The translations under genes were made by a program, and so were the position numbers. From the IMG/VR virus record IMGVR_UViG_3300042891_001512, positions 1 to 64,000 of that record: DNA of 64,000 nt, one strand, 5' to 3'. This DNA comes from a virus (taxonomy: Duplodnaviria; Caudoviricetes). The notes beneath the pieces are model-generated. The model ran no database searches and had not been told where the DNA came from. It saw only the letters and a program-made list of their open reading frames with translations. Below are positions 51,150-61,407 of the stretch, in pieces. Numbering within the stretch: position 1 is the stretch's first letter; every line of letters begins with the position of its first letter.

Positions 51150-51773
51150 ATGGAGAATCAGCAAATAAACCCGTTGGAAATACCAACAGTTGAATACTAT
51201 GATGAATCTATATATGATTTAAACCTAGAGTCTTTAGACGGAGAAGAAAACATCTTTGAAAAGAATAAAGGCAAAGTTACAATGCTCGTTAATGTTACCG
51301 GAGAATGTGCTAATTCCCCACAGTATGTAACTATACAAAATTTATATGATAAATATAAAGATTTGGGTTTTGAAGTGGTAGCGGTTCCAAGTACGGATTT
51401 TTGTGACCATGCATATGGAGATTTTAAGGACTCAAATGCAAGCCCAGAACTTATGCGTAGCCATATGAAGGAATTGTATAAAACAGATTTACCATTTGCT
51501 AAAATGGCAGCAATCGTAGAAGATTCAGCAACAGGTTTGCCAGTTCATCCGTTCTATGAAAAAGTTCAAGAAAATAAAGATCCTATTCAAGGTAATTTTG
51601 AAAAGTTTATTATTAGCAAAGATGGCAAAAAGGTAGTTAGATACTGCAACTCGGATCTGCTTGACCTTGCATATAATTCAGGGAATAGAACGATTAATTC
51701 CGAAACAGCGTTGAAAAGTATTACTGAAACTATAGAGCATTTTCTTGGTGAATCAGATATAATAGTTGAATGA
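51150..51773 (+). CDS. glutathione peroxidase-like protein
   Basis: KGKVTMLVNVTGECANSPQY, LYDKYKDLGFEVVAVP, NFEKFII. Confidence 0.85.
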   Translation: MENQQINPLEIPTVEYYDESIYDLNLESLDGEENIFEKNKGKVTMLVNVTGECANSPQYVTIQNLYDKYKDLGFEVVAVPSTDFCDHAYGDFKDSNASPELMRSHMKELYKTDLPFAKMAAIVEDSATGLPVHPFYEKVQENKDPIQGNFEKFIISKDGKKVVRYCNSDLLDLAYNSGNRTINSETALKSITETIEHFLGESDIIVE

Positions 51774-52474
51774 CTAAAGTTACCTTAACAAAGACAACTC
51801 AAGACGCACCAGAAATACGCCAGTCACGAATAAAGCGTGAGTGGATGGACAACACCTATAACAAGCATGCCTACCAGTGTTTGCCTATGACGTATGCAAA
51901 CGTTTATGGCTGGGAATTGATTCTGCCGCAAGATGTTGTCGCTCAGTGGGATGGTGGCAATACAGTGCCTAAGATCCTTGAAGGGGCAGAGTACAAGGGT
52001 AGACAAATAGCTTACGGTGGAATCATTGGAATGGTTTCCTTTTCTACTGGATGGGCATTCGGCACTGAAGACGGTTATGAAACCTCAATTGGAGGTTCTC
52101 CAAATTACATGGTAGATGGAGCTTCTCCTTTGTCGGCAATAATACCGAGCAGCTGGTGGCCAGATGAATTCCAAATGAATTGGATGATAAATAAAATTGG
52201 GGAACCAGTTGTCTTTGAAGCAGGAATGCCCTTTATGTTTTTTAATATTTTTGATAGCACAGTTACAAATAACGTAGAATTCAAAGTAGAAAATTTGTGG
52301 GACAAACCAGAGCTAATGAACTCTAGGCAAAAATATGGCGATATGAAAATGAAAAATAATCAAGAAAATCCTTGGACATGGACAAAAGGAATAAGAACTG
52401 GAGTTGATGCAGACGGCAATAAAATCGGACCAAGTTTTACCGGTTTACCAAAGTTAGATGAACCAAGTTTATGA
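51770..52474 (+). CDS. DUF6065-like protein
   Basis: REWMD.T..KHAYQCLPM..AN.YGW...F.MNW...F..GMPF. Confidence 0.7.
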   Translation: MTKVTLTKTTQDAPEIRQSRIKREWMDNTYNKHAYQCLPMTYANVYGWELILPQDVVAQWDGGNTVPKILEGAEYKGRQIAYGGIIGMVSFSTGWAFGTEDGYETSIGGSPNYMVDGASPLSAIIPSSWWPDEFQMNWMINKIGEPVVFEAGMPFMFFNIFDSTVTNNVEFKVENLWDKPELMNSRQKYGDMKMKNNQENPWTWTKGIRTGVDADGNKIGPSFTGLPKLDEPSL

Positions 52475-52629
52475 ACGCAAAAGATAAAGCAATAATTTAT
52501 TTAGATAACTCTATTAAGAATTTGTCTGAATTAATAAAAAAATCAAATTTTGATTCTTTAGTAAAAAACGCAGAACAATCTTTGTTAAACCAAAAAAACG
52601 CTTTGAAGGAAATTAAAGATGGAGCCTAG
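52471..52629 (+). CDS. small helical protein (paralogue of 60727)
   Basis: MNAKDKAIIYLDNSIKNLSELI vs AKDQAKSFLEKSIQTLSLLL. Confidence 0.55.
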   Translation: MNAKDKAIIYLDNSIKNLSELIKKSNFDSLVKNAEQSLLNQKNALKEIKDGA

Positions 52630-52825
52630 ACAAATCAGTGAAGAATTAATACATGAATTTACGGAAACGATGGACGATGCTATCCCTGTTTATTCTGATG
52701 AAGATCAAAATATCATAATGCCAAATGGCGGGACAACAAGGGAGTATGTTTTGACTGAAGTATTTGCTGAAATGAATAAGTATGTGATACTCCCATTATC
52801 TCCATCTGTGGATGATCTAATATGA
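52619..52825 (+). CDS. small acidic protein (weak paralogue of 60939)
   Basis: AAGGA RBS; MEPRQ vs METRQ. Confidence 0.55.
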   Translation: MEPRQISEELIHEFTETMDDAIPVYSDEDQNIIMPNGGTTREYVLTEVFAEMNKYVILPLSPSVDDLI

Positions 52826-53121
52826 AAACCTACAATGCGGAAAAAGACTTAGAATATATTAATGAGCAATTATATTTATATTTATATATAATTGGTTTAA
52901 ATCCTAAAAATATTGACGAGTATTCAATAGACCAAATAATAAATTCTGCAAGAAATATATCAATAGCTCCTATAAGCGAAGTTGAGTCAGGCTCTATGGA
53001 TCTTTCAAATGATCCTCTTTATTTATTTTTAAAAAACCAAAGAATATCTTTAATTGGAAACATTAGAAGAATTTGGTACATGCGACAGTTAGCAATTGGA
53101 GCAATCAAAAATGCAGTATGA
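52822..53121 (+). CDS. small protein (paralogue of 61126)
   Basis: YNAEKDLEY...YIIGL...IDQII...IRRIWY vs YRPLEDLEH...FILGI...IDDVI...VRRAWF. Confidence 0.65.
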   Translation: MKTYNAEKDLEYINEQLYLYLYIIGLNPKNIDEYSIDQIINSARNISIAPISEVESGSMDLSNDPLYLFLKNQRISLIGNIRRIWYMRQLAIGAIKNAV

Positions 53122-53809
53122 AGTAGATTATTTTGATAATTTAGTTAAATTAATAAAATACAATGATATCGAATCAGTTGAAGATTCTATATCAAAAAGT
53201 AAAATAATAAATGAATACTTAGAGGCTTTTTCTATAGATAAAAGAAAAATAGCTGCTGGTATGGATTTTATGATTTGGTATTTTGATGTCTTTAGTAAAG
53301 AAAGTCATTTTTGGAATGTCAATCCTGCCTACTTCTATGCGGCTAATACGCATGAATTTGGTTTTCTAACAGCTAATCCAAAAACTTCACTAATGACACT
53401 CCCGGCTTTTAATACTGGTTTAGCGAGATTAATGGAGAAGAAATCAAAGCTTTCTTTATTAAATAACTATCAGCTACATTTATTTGAGCACTATATAGGT
53501 GATGAACCGTGGTCTTACGACACTGTTACAATGCAGGATGTACAATCTGGCAATGGTGGCTACTATGATTTCATATGTATGAGCATTCATGACGTTATCC
53601 ATGATCCAGATTTAGTTATAGATTTTTTTAATTTATTAAACAAAAATGGAACAATGATGATGCTATATACTGGCACTGATCAGCTTTATAAAAATGGATC
53701 AATATATACTGATTTTTATGAAGTTCACAGAAATTTAATTAATATTAAAAATTCATGCGTTTATCATAACCCTACAGGAGCAGCTGTTACTTATGCAGTT
53801 AGTTTATAA
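53111..53809 (+). CDS. divergent class I methyltransferase-fold protein
   Basis: YDFICM...FNLLNKNGTMM...YHNP.G...TYAV; paralogue of 61397. Confidence 0.55.
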   Translation: MQYEVDYFDNLVKLIKYNDIESVEDSISKSKIINEYLEAFSIDKRKIAAGMDFMIWYFDVFSKESHFWNVNPAYFYAANTHEFGFLTANPKTSLMTLPAFNTGLARLMEKKSKLSLLNNYQLHLFEHYIGDEPWSYDTVTMQDVQSGNGGYYDFICMSIHDVIHDPDLVIDFFNLLNKNGTMMMLYTGTDQLYKNGSIYTDFYEVHRNLINIKNSCVYHNPTGAAVTYAVSL

Positions 53810-53812
53810 AAG

Positions 53813-54490
53813 ATGATTATTATAGATGATTTCATAAAAGATAAAAATTTATTAGAAGAAATAGAGTTAACTCCAAATTTCTTTCCAGAATCAATGGGCG
53901 ACGAAGAAAAAATAGCTACAGTTCTAAATGGTTATCACGATGGACAATGTGATTGTTTTGCGCCGTATATGTTTTGGGATGGTTGGTTAAAATCTGAGGC
54001 AGATACTCCAAGAAAAAGATTAATTAAAAAAATATGGGAGAACAATCTTCCATTCCCAGTAGAAGACGTTTGCGGTTTTGAGTATTGGACTAGAACTTTT
54101 AAGCCTGGACAATTTCTTGATACTCACGTAGATGAAGATACATTTCTTTACGCAGATAAAAAAATATTTAGAGGACCAAGAATAGGTTGTGTATATTATC
54201 CGCACACCAATGATGTGGTTGGTGGATTTTTAGAGATGCATCCTACAGCTATTTCAGAAGATACAGCTAACGCTTTAGAGAAAGAAAATATAGATCATTT
54301 AATAGTTCCAGTAGAGTTAAGAGAGAGAATATCTTGTAAGCCAAATAGGCTAATAATTTTTGACGCTGGACATGTCATACATAACACGACTCCACCGATT
54401 AAAGGTGTTAGAAGAGTTGTGGTGGTAAATGTGTGGCATAAAGATAACCCACCATCAGCTTTAAAAACTGGTGAATTTTATTATGAATGA
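53813..54490 (+). CDS. 2OG-Fe(II) oxygenase-like protein
   Basis: GFEYW, THVDED, GGFLE, PNRLIIFDAG..IH...R. Confidence 0.8.
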   Translation: MIIIDDFIKDKNLLEEIELTPNFFPESMGDEEKIATVLNGYHDGQCDCFAPYMFWDGWLKSEADTPRKRLIKKIWENNLPFPVEDVCGFEYWTRTFKPGQFLDTHVDEDTFLYADKKIFRGPRIGCVYYPHTNDVVGGFLEMHPTAISEDTANALEKENIDHLIVPVELRERISCKPNRLIIFDAGHVIHNTTPPIKGVRRVVVVNVWHKDNPPSALKTGEFYYE

Positions 54491-55079
54491 AAAAATTGAT
54501 TTATTTACATTAAGTATATGTAAAACTTTTTTACAAAACATTGACAATGATAAGTTGTTGAAGGAAATAGAAAAATTTGACACAACACCAAATGTAAAAG
54601 ATCCATCACCGGCTCATACTTTTTACGAAGATAAGCTTTATCCTTTTGGTCAACCAGAATCAATGAAGTTAATTGATGAAATAACTAATTCTGTCAATCA
54701 TTTTACTAACTTAGATATGGTTATGGATTCTATTTGGACTATAACTCTAGAAAAAGGCCAGTCTGTTTTAAGCCACACGCACAAGGTAAACACTCAGCTT
54801 TATCCAGAAGAATATTATTCTGTTTCATACTATGTAAGCGCACCAGAAGATAGCGCAGATTTAATATTTGTTACCACACACTGTAATACAATAGAGAGAG
54901 CAACTTCAGTTAAAACAGAGACAGGAATGTTGTTGATATTTAACTCTTACATTCCTCATATGACAAATAGGCAATATTCCGAAGAAAAAAGAGTTGTCGT
55001 AAGTGCAAACTTTAGTCCTAAAACACCGAACACTAACCCTACCGCAGATTGGTCGGAATATAGGGTGCCAAATAGGTAA
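54483..55079 (+). CDS. putative 2OG-Fe(II) oxygenase (TIGR02466-like)
   Basis: W.....G.SV.SHTH...SVSYYV...GMLLIFNSYIPH...RVVVSANF. Confidence 0.8.
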   Translation: MNEKIDLFTLSICKTFLQNIDNDKLLKEIEKFDTTPNVKDPSPAHTFYEDKLYPFGQPESMKLIDEITNSVNHFTNLDMVMDSIWTITLEKGQSVLSHTHKVNTQLYPEEYYSVSYYVSAPEDSADLIFVTTHCNTIERATSVKTETGMLLIFNSYIPHMTNRQYSEEKRVVVSANFSPKTPNTNPTADWSEYRVPNR

Positions 55080-55139
55080 AGAAATAAGTTTTTAAATACT
55101 ACTATTATTGTGGTATAATTATTATTTAGGGAGATTTTT

Positions 55140-56249
55140 ATGACTGTAACAAAAGAAACTTACAAAGAATTCATAGGCAATATAAAGATTAATGACATAG
55201 AGCCTATCATCAATGCCCCAGAAGTGGATTTTGCTGCGGTTGACCATGTTGTTAAAACTAATTTTGATATAATGTTTACTTGGGATTATTCTTTAGCTCG
55301 CACACAATTAAGAAAGCTTTACGAAAAAGCTAAAAATAATCAATGGAATGGAGAAACTGCATTAGACTGGTCTACTCCTGTTGATATAGAAAAGTCTGTA
55401 GCTGAGGACTATGCAAATTTTGGATCGACTAGAGAGATGTCAGTCTATGAGGGTAGCCCTATAGAAAATTGGGGCGATAAAGAATGGCTGCAATTTGGCT
55501 TAGAAAGCAGAAGGTGGATGATCTCACAGTTCATACACGGAGAGCAAGGTGCTCTGATTTGTTCTGCAAAACTAACACAAACATGTCCATGGTACGATGG
55601 CAAACTTTTTGCTGCAACACAAGTTGTAGATGAAGCTCGACATGTTGAAGTTTTTGCAAAGTATACTAATGAAAAATTGGGTGGAACACTTCCTTTTAAC
55701 TGGCATATCCAAGGCTTGGTTGACGATACTATTGCCGACAATCGTTGGGATATAACCTATCTAGGAATGCAGATTATGGTTGAGGGGCTCGGCCTTGCAT
55801 CGATGGCGTATATGCGTGAATTAACAAATGAACCGTTGTTGAAGCAATTGTTGCGTAATGTTATGGCTGACGAAGCGCGTCATGTTTCATTTGGTATTAT
55901 CTCACTCAAGGAGATCTATGCGGAAATGACCGATTCAGAGATTATGGAGCGTCAGCAGCTTGCCTATGAAGCTAGCATAAAGCTTGGGGAGCGAATGCTG
56001 CAACAAGAGGTATACGAAAAGATGGGTGTTAAGACAAAAGACATTGCCCCGTTCTTATTGAACGATCCAGCACAGGCTTGGATTAGAAAGATGCTTGCGG
56101 CTAAGATTGTCCCAAACCTTAGCAAGCTAGGGTTGCTAGATAGAAACGGTGCTTGGTTGCGTAGAAAATTTGAAGAAATGGGAACAATAGAATTTGAAAA
56201 CCTTGGAGATTCTGAAGAGGAGTTTTCAGCTTTTATACATAGTTACTAA
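55140..56249 (+). CDS. ferritin-like di-iron oxygenase (AurF/N-oxygenase-like)
   Basis: HGEQGAL, VDEARH, QIMVEGL, ADEARHV: two ExxH di-iron motifs. Confidence 0.88.
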   Translation: MTVTKETYKEFIGNIKINDIEPIINAPEVDFAAVDHVVKTNFDIMFTWDYSLARTQLRKLYEKAKNNQWNGETALDWSTPVDIEKSVAEDYANFGSTREMSVYEGSPIENWGDKEWLQFGLESRRWMISQFIHGEQGALICSAKLTQTCPWYDGKLFAATQVVDEARHVEVFAKYTNEKLGGTLPFNWHIQGLVDDTIADNRWDITYLGMQIMVEGLGLASMAYMRELTNEPLLKQLLRNVMADEARHVSFGIISLKEIYAEMTDSEIMERQQLAYEASIKLGERMLQQEVYEKMGVKTKDIAPFLLNDPAQAWIRKMLAAKIVPNLSKLGLLDRNGAWLRRKFEEMGTIEFENLGDSEEEFSAFIHSY

Positions 56250-56251
56250 TT

Positions 56252-56917
56252 ATGAAAACACCTAATGATTATAATGTAGATAGAGTTTATTCCTATGAAA
56301 GCTCTGAAGATCTAAAGAGATATTATAATGATTGGGCGGATGAATATGATAGTTATGCAAAAGACGTAAACTACATCTTGCCAGAAAAAGTATCCGAAGT
56401 ATTTTTTAAGTACGTTTCTAATAGTAATTATAGTGAAACAAAAAAAAATAGCATATTAGACATAGGTTGTGGTACCGGCTTATTGGGTGAGAGCTTGTCT
56501 TTTATTGATGATAATCTTTGGATTGAGGGCGTTGATATATCTTCTTCAATGATAAGGATAGCTTCTTTAAAGAGAAGAAAAAATTTTTTACCTGTATATG
56601 ATTGGATGATGGTAGACGATCTGACTAGCCCAAAGTTAATGCTAGAAAGTTATTATGATTACTTTATAAGTTCTGGAACATTTACTCTTGGTCATCTTGG
56701 TTCTAGTGATTTAATTAATTTATTAATTTATTTAAAATCACAAGGTATAGCAGTTATATCAATAAAAGAAGACCATTTTATTCATGATAACTTTAAAGAA
56801 ATTTTTGTAGAATTAGAAAAAAACAAAACAATACAAGATATAATGTATTACAAGGTGAACTCTTACGAATCAAATTTTAAAGCAGATTCAATAATTGTAA
56901 AGTTTAAAAAAGTTTAA
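56252..56917 (+). CDS. class I SAM-dependent methyltransferase (WBSCR27/METTL27-like)
   Basis: YNDWADEYD, ILDIGCGTGLLG, GVDISSSM, SSGTFTLGH. Confidence 0.9.
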   Translation: MKTPNDYNVDRVYSYESSEDLKRYYNDWADEYDSYAKDVNYILPEKVSEVFFKYVSNSNYSETKKNSILDIGCGTGLLGESLSFIDDNLWIEGVDISSSMIRIASLKRRKNFLPVYDWMMVDDLTSPKLMLESYYDYFISSGTFTLGHLGSSDLINLLIYLKSQGIAVISIKEDHFIHDNFKEIFVELEKNKTIQDIMYYKVNSYESNFKADSIIVKFKKV

Positions 56918-56921
56918 ACTA

Positions 56922-57818
56922 ATGAATAATTTAAATTTTTGTTTTAAAAATTTATCTTTTAATCAAATATTAGAAAATAAAAAATTTTATCAAAAAAAAC
57001 TAATTGATAATAAATTAGTTGGTTTTAAAAAAATAGAATTATCAGATAGTGAATATGAAAAAATTTGCACTGTTGTTTCGGGGGTTGACCAGTTGTATTG
57101 GTTAAAAAAAAAGAATCACTCCACTTTGTATCAGCCAGATAAAGAAACTCTTACGGAAAAAAGTATAAAAAATTTTAGAGATTGGTGTATGCATTTAGAC
57201 GTAACTCCAGTAATTGATGGCATGAATAATAACCTTGATAATTATGGGCATACATCTTATGTTTCAATGAATATGAAGACATTTAAGTGTAACAAAAAAT
57301 ATGGAAAAACTGTTTTTTTAGATTTAATAAAGTTAAACAATTCTTGTCCAGATTATTTTAAAGAAAAATTGTTAGAATCTAAATTAGAATATCACATAAG
57401 TAAAGCTAAAGATTTTAATATTGATGCACCAAAAAAGCCACCAGTTAACAGAGCAGACTATAATTCAGATCTAGAGGCAGAAATAGCCAACGCAAAGATT
57501 GATCCTCTTTCTGGAATCTTTTATCCATTTAGAACTCATCCTATAACAAAAGAAACAATTTTATTTTGGCCTACATATTTAAGCTCTCAATTAGTCGGCG
57601 GCTCTAAGCCTTGGTTTGAAGAATTTAAGTTATGGATAAAAAATTATCTTGACGAAAAAAACAATTGGGACGAATGGGAGTGGAGTAAAAACGATATTAT
57701 AATTTTCGACAACAGATGTATGCTTCACTCGTTTACTCCTGGCTGGAAGCCAAAAGAAAGAATTTTTGATCAAATTATTTTAGGTTCTAGTGTACAAATT
57801 TTTGAGGGTTTAAGATAG
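56922..57818 (+). CDS. TauD/TfdA-family dioxygenase
   Basis: MHLD...RTHPITKE...W..NDIIIFDNRCMLH...R. Confidence 0.85.
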   Translation: MNNLNFCFKNLSFNQILENKKFYQKKLIDNKLVGFKKIELSDSEYEKICTVVSGVDQLYWLKKKNHSTLYQPDKETLTEKSIKNFRDWCMHLDVTPVIDGMNNNLDNYGHTSYVSMNMKTFKCNKKYGKTVFLDLIKLNNSCPDYFKEKLLESKLEYHISKAKDFNIDAPKKPPVNRADYNSDLEAEIANAKIDPLSGIFYPFRTHPITKETILFWPTYLSSQLVGGSKPWFEEFKLWIKNYLDEKNNWDEWEWSKNDIIIFDNRCMLHSFTPGWKPKERIFDQIILGSSVQIFEGLR

Positions 57819-57819
57819 T

Positions 57820-58554
57820 ATGATACCAAAAATAATATGGCAAACTCATAGTTTCTTACTTGAGGATCTCCCCCTCTTTGCTAAGGGCCCCATGCTATCT
57901 TGGATTGAGCAGAATAAAGATTATACCCATAATTATGTAAACCATTTTGAAAGAGAATCTTTTATATATAATATTTTTGGAGAAGATTGGCTTAACTTCT
58001 ATAAGCAATGTCAGTCGCAAGTTTTTCAAGCTGACATGTGGAGAGTCTTATGTCTGTACGAACACGGTGGCATATACGCAGACATGGATACGATATGTCT
58101 GTCTGGTATAGATTCTTTTTTAGATTTAAATAAAGATTTTATTTGTGAAGCTGGTTTTCCAAAAACACATGGGTGGATAAATACTTCAATTTTTGCTAGC
58201 GAACCTAAAGGAAAGTTTATAACAAAATTAAAAGATCTTTTGTATAAAAGATGCAAAGAGAAGGATGGAGAACCAATAACGGTTGAAGATTGTGGACCGT
58301 TAGCATTTAGTGAAGCAATGGATAAATATATGGATGACGGATGCGACATGTCGGACATTAGTTTATGCGAGTTTAATTATCCAGTTAATAATAAAGAATC
58401 TGTTTTACAAATTTTTGGGTCGACTACTTGGAATGATGTTAAATGGGGTTTTGATTTTTCTTATTTAAATGAAATATATAGTTCAATTATAAAAGATTCA
58501 AAAACAGATATTAAAATTTATACCAAAACAGGTCATGGTGGCTGGAATGTTTGA
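57820..58554 (+). CDS. glycosyltransferase family 32 (OCH1-like, DxD)
   Basis: MIPKIIWQT, QADMWR..LYEHGGIYADMD, CGP. Confidence 0.9.
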   Translation: MIPKIIWQTHSFLLEDLPLFAKGPMLSWIEQNKDYTHNYVNHFERESFIYNIFGEDWLNFYKQCQSQVFQADMWRVLCLYEHGGIYADMDTICLSGIDSFLDLNKDFICEAGFPKTHGWINTSIFASEPKGKFITKLKDLLYKRCKEKDGEPITVEDCGPLAFSEAMDKYMDDGCDMSDISLCEFNYPVNNKESVLQIFGSTTWNDVKWGFDFSYLNEIYSSIIKDSKTDIKIYTKTGHGGWNV

Positions 58555-59557
58555 TGAAGATATTCTTAAAAAATTAAAAACAAATAAAATAACTAATTTA
58601 CAGATAGATCCTTTTGGCTATTGTAACGCAAAATGTTGGTTTTGCCCTGTGGCATATAGAAAAATGCCTGCGCGTACCGCAAAGCATATGAGTCCAGATT
58701 TATTTGAAAAAATAATTCAAAACATAGTGCATGAAAAAGAAAAACTTAATGGAATTGTTTCTACTAATTTTAATCATTTTTATACAGCACATTATAATGA
58801 AATCTTATTGTATAAATATTTAGAAGAAATGTTAAATACAGCTCAAAAATATAATCTAAAAACATCAATTTTATCTAATGGAACAAATTTTACTGAAAAA
58901 AAAATTGAAATATTAAAAAAATATGAAAACACAATAGCTGGCATTTATTTAAACATACCAGCTTTTGAAGAAAGCCTTTGGAAAGAAAGATCAGGAATAA
59001 AAAATAAATCATTTGAAGATTTAAGAAAAAATATTATTAATTTAATGAAAGTTTTTCCAGAAATGGTAAAGGAAAAAAAAATATGTGTTGGAGTTAATAT
59101 ACCCAATGAGCAGTCCGTAGACAGTTTATCGCTAGGAAAAAATGCACCTAGCATTGACATCTCGCAATATGGTGAATCTTTTAATCAAATAAAAATGGCT
59201 AAAAAAATGTTTGATGGTTTAACGGTTTATTCTTCTCCAAATTTAACTGATCGTTCTGGATTTTTATCTAAAGAAAAAATAATAGATAATAATAAACTTA
59301 TACAAATAAATAAATATTCAAAAAAAGAAGTTAAAGATTGTAACCTAGGAGAAGACGGAAGATTGTACGGTTGGGTGCATGTAAATTCGCTAGGAGAAAC
59401 ATTTATATGTTGTAACGATTATGACTATGAGTATGTTTTTGGTTCATTACAAAATAAAGAATTAAGTGAAATTTGGTTTAGCAAAGAACATATTGAAACA
59501 ATTAAAAGATCATTAGAAACAATGTGTAAAAAATGTTGCAACGCAGTGTGGGAGTGA
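58547..59557 (+). CDS. radical SAM protein with SPASM/Twitch domain
   Basis: CNAKCWFC (CxxxCxxC), SNG, C-terminal C...G..FICCND...GSL....L.EIW...CKKC. Confidence 0.9.
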   Translation: MFDEDILKKLKTNKITNLQIDPFGYCNAKCWFCPVAYRKMPARTAKHMSPDLFEKIIQNIVHEKEKLNGIVSTNFNHFYTAHYNEILLYKYLEEMLNTAQKYNLKTSILSNGTNFTEKKIEILKKYENTIAGIYLNIPAFEESLWKERSGIKNKSFEDLRKNIINLMKVFPEMVKEKKICVGVNIPNEQSVDSLSLGKNAPSIDISQYGESFNQIKMAKKMFDGLTVYSSPNLTDRSGFLSKEKIIDNNKLIQINKYSKKEVKDCNLGEDGRLYGWVHVNSLGETFICCNDYDYEYVFGSLQNKELSEIWFSKEHIETIKRSLETMCKKCCNAVWE

Positions 59558-59563
59558 AAGTAT

Positions 59564-59932
59564 ATGGCTTATGAGATGATAGGCGAGAGTCCAACATCCG
59601 CAGTGGGGCTGTGTGTTAGATTAAATATTTGGAAATGGTATGAGTTTGTCAGAATGATTAGCTATTTTAATATAATCTCTGATTTAGAAATTTCGTCCTG
59701 GATGACAAATGATCAGGTTGAATTGTCCAGTGAGGAAGCAATATTATTATCGGAAAATATAAAATCAAATCTTGATAACTTTGATTATTTTATAAATGAA
59801 CTTTACAAAGAAGACATCCCCTATTCACACATGCCGTGGCACAGAGAAGTTTGTTGTCCAATTTTAAATGGATCTGACATCAAATATGTGCTATTATTTT
59901 TAGAATCATGTGGTGGGTTTAAGGTTAGATGA
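59564..59932 (+). CDS. hypothetical phage protein
   Basis: 122 aa ending FLESCGGFKV. Confidence 0.65.
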   Translation: MAYEMIGESPTSAVGLCVRLNIWKWYEFVRMISYFNIISDLEISSWMTNDQVELSSEEAILLSENIKSNLDNFDYFINELYKEDIPYSHMPWHREVCCPILNGSDIKYVLLFLESCGGFKVR

Positions 59933-60693
59933 AGGTGGAAAGAATGTATAAGCCGAGAATAATTGTATTTACCGATTTTCTACCAAAGGAAGATTGGGAA
60001 GTTGTAGATAAGTATTGTAGAGATAATAAAGAAAAATTTCCATATGTCGGTTACGGTTCTCCGGTTAGATGGAAGATAGAGGAGCATTCTAAAAATCCAG
60101 ATATTAAATATATTCGTTCTTTTTTAATTTCAGAAGAAGAATACGATCTATACATGAAGGGTGAAATACCGGAGCCTTATCCAAACGATACAAAGCATGG
60201 CGACAACTATGTAATGTCGGTAGAAGAGATCCAAAAGGTTGAGGAAGAGCCACCTGTAACTGCACTCATGCACCATTCTAAATGGCCAAATAGCTTACTG
60301 CAAAATAAAACATTTGACATTATAAGCGGTTACCTGTCTGGTGTCGTAAGTATAGTAAAAGAAGTATATGGCGAAGATTGTTTCAGTGAAAGTGGCCCTT
60401 GGATAGCGGTAGCTAGAGAAGGTGGCTATATGAATATGCACTGTGACGGAACGTTTATACATAACAGGGACGCCATTACACAGTATTCTAGCGTGTATTA
60501 CATCAATGACGATTATGAGGGCGGCGAATTCAATATGCCGCTGATGGGCTTTAAGCTTAAACCTAAAGCAAATTCGCTTCTTATTTTTACCCATTCTTCC
60601 CATGAAGATATGGCGCATGAGGTAACACCAGTTTTATCTGGTGATCGTTTTGTTTCACAAGGATTTTTTGCCATTACAAAAACCAATAGCTGA
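59929..60693 (+). CDS. 2OG-Fe(II) oxygenase (prolyl-4-hydroxylase-like)
   Basis: MHCD...YINDDYEGGEF...AHEV..V.SGDRF. Confidence 0.9.
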   Translation: MKVERMYKPRIIVFTDFLPKEDWEVVDKYCRDNKEKFPYVGYGSPVRWKIEEHSKNPDIKYIRSFLISEEEYDLYMKGEIPEPYPNDTKHGDNYVMSVEEIQKVEEEPPVTALMHHSKWPNSLLQNKTFDIISGYLSGVVSIVKEVYGEDCFSESGPWIAVAREGGYMNMHCDGTFIHNRDAITQYSSVYYINDDYEGGEFNMPLMGFKLKPKANSLLIFTHSSHEDMAHEVTPVLSGDRFVSQGFFAITKTNS

Positions 60694-60726
60694 TGTGGTA
60701 TAATTAAAAAGACAAAGGAGACAAGT

Positions 60727-60936
60727 ATGCAACTCAATAATTACGATTCACAAAAAGCTAAAGATCAAGCTAAATCTTTCTTGGAAAAATCAATACAGAC
60801 TTTAAGTTTGCTGCTGGATGTAAACTATGAAAATTTAAATAAAGATTCAAAAAATCCATTTAGCGAAAGCCTTCCTCAGCACAACGCATTTAATTGTCTT
60901 ATAGATGAGATAGTTTCTTATAGGAAAATAGTTTAA
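60727..60936 (+). CDS. small helical protein (paralogue of 52471)
   Basis: TGGTATAAT promoter and AAGGAG RBS upstream. Confidence 0.65.
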   Translation: MQLNNYDSQKAKDQAKSFLEKSIQTLSLLLDVNYENLNKDSKNPFSESLPQHNAFNCLIDEIVSYRKIV

Positions 60937-60938
60937 TT

Positions 60939-61133
60939 ATGAGTAGTATAGGTGAGCCAAATAGTTTTGGAATGGAAACAAGACAAGGGGAATCTATAAC
61001 TGATACCCCAGACTGGGACAACGAAATTATAGAGTGGGACTCTGCGACTGGGATATATTATGTTGCCGGCAAACCGGTCAGCATGTGTCAAGGTGTTGCA
61101 ATGTTTAAGGAAGAAAAAAAAGAAGATGAATAA
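60939..61133 (+). CDS. small acidic protein
   Basis: 64 aa, coupled. Confidence 0.55.
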   Translation: MSSIGEPNSFGMETRQGESITDTPDWDNEIIEWDSATGIYYVAGKPVSMCQGVAMFKEEKKEDE

Positions 61134-61407
61134 GTATAGGCCGCTAGAAGATCTGGAGCACCGTTCCCAACACTTGGCATCTTTTTTGTTTATTCTTGGA
61201 ATTGATGAAGATGATTTTGAATCTACCAAAATAGATGATGTTATAAATCTTATTAGGAATAGATACGTGTACAAACACAGCCATCCAGATTACAATATAG
61301 CGGTTCAAGAATACGTTAAAAAACAAAGTATTGTTTTAAATAGGGGAGTTAGAAGAGCTTGGTTTGATGTGCAAGTTGCTTCGTACGAGGTGCAAAATGT
61401 CGGGTGA
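61126..61407 (+). CDS. small protein (paralogue of 52822)
   Basis: Similarity to 52822; ATG 61126 more plausible than the ORF-track start. Confidence 0.65.
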   Translation: MNKYRPLEDLEHRSQHLASFLFILGIDEDDFESTKIDDVINLIRNRYVYKHSHPDYNIAVQEYVKKQSIVLNRGVRRAWFDVQVASYEVQNVG

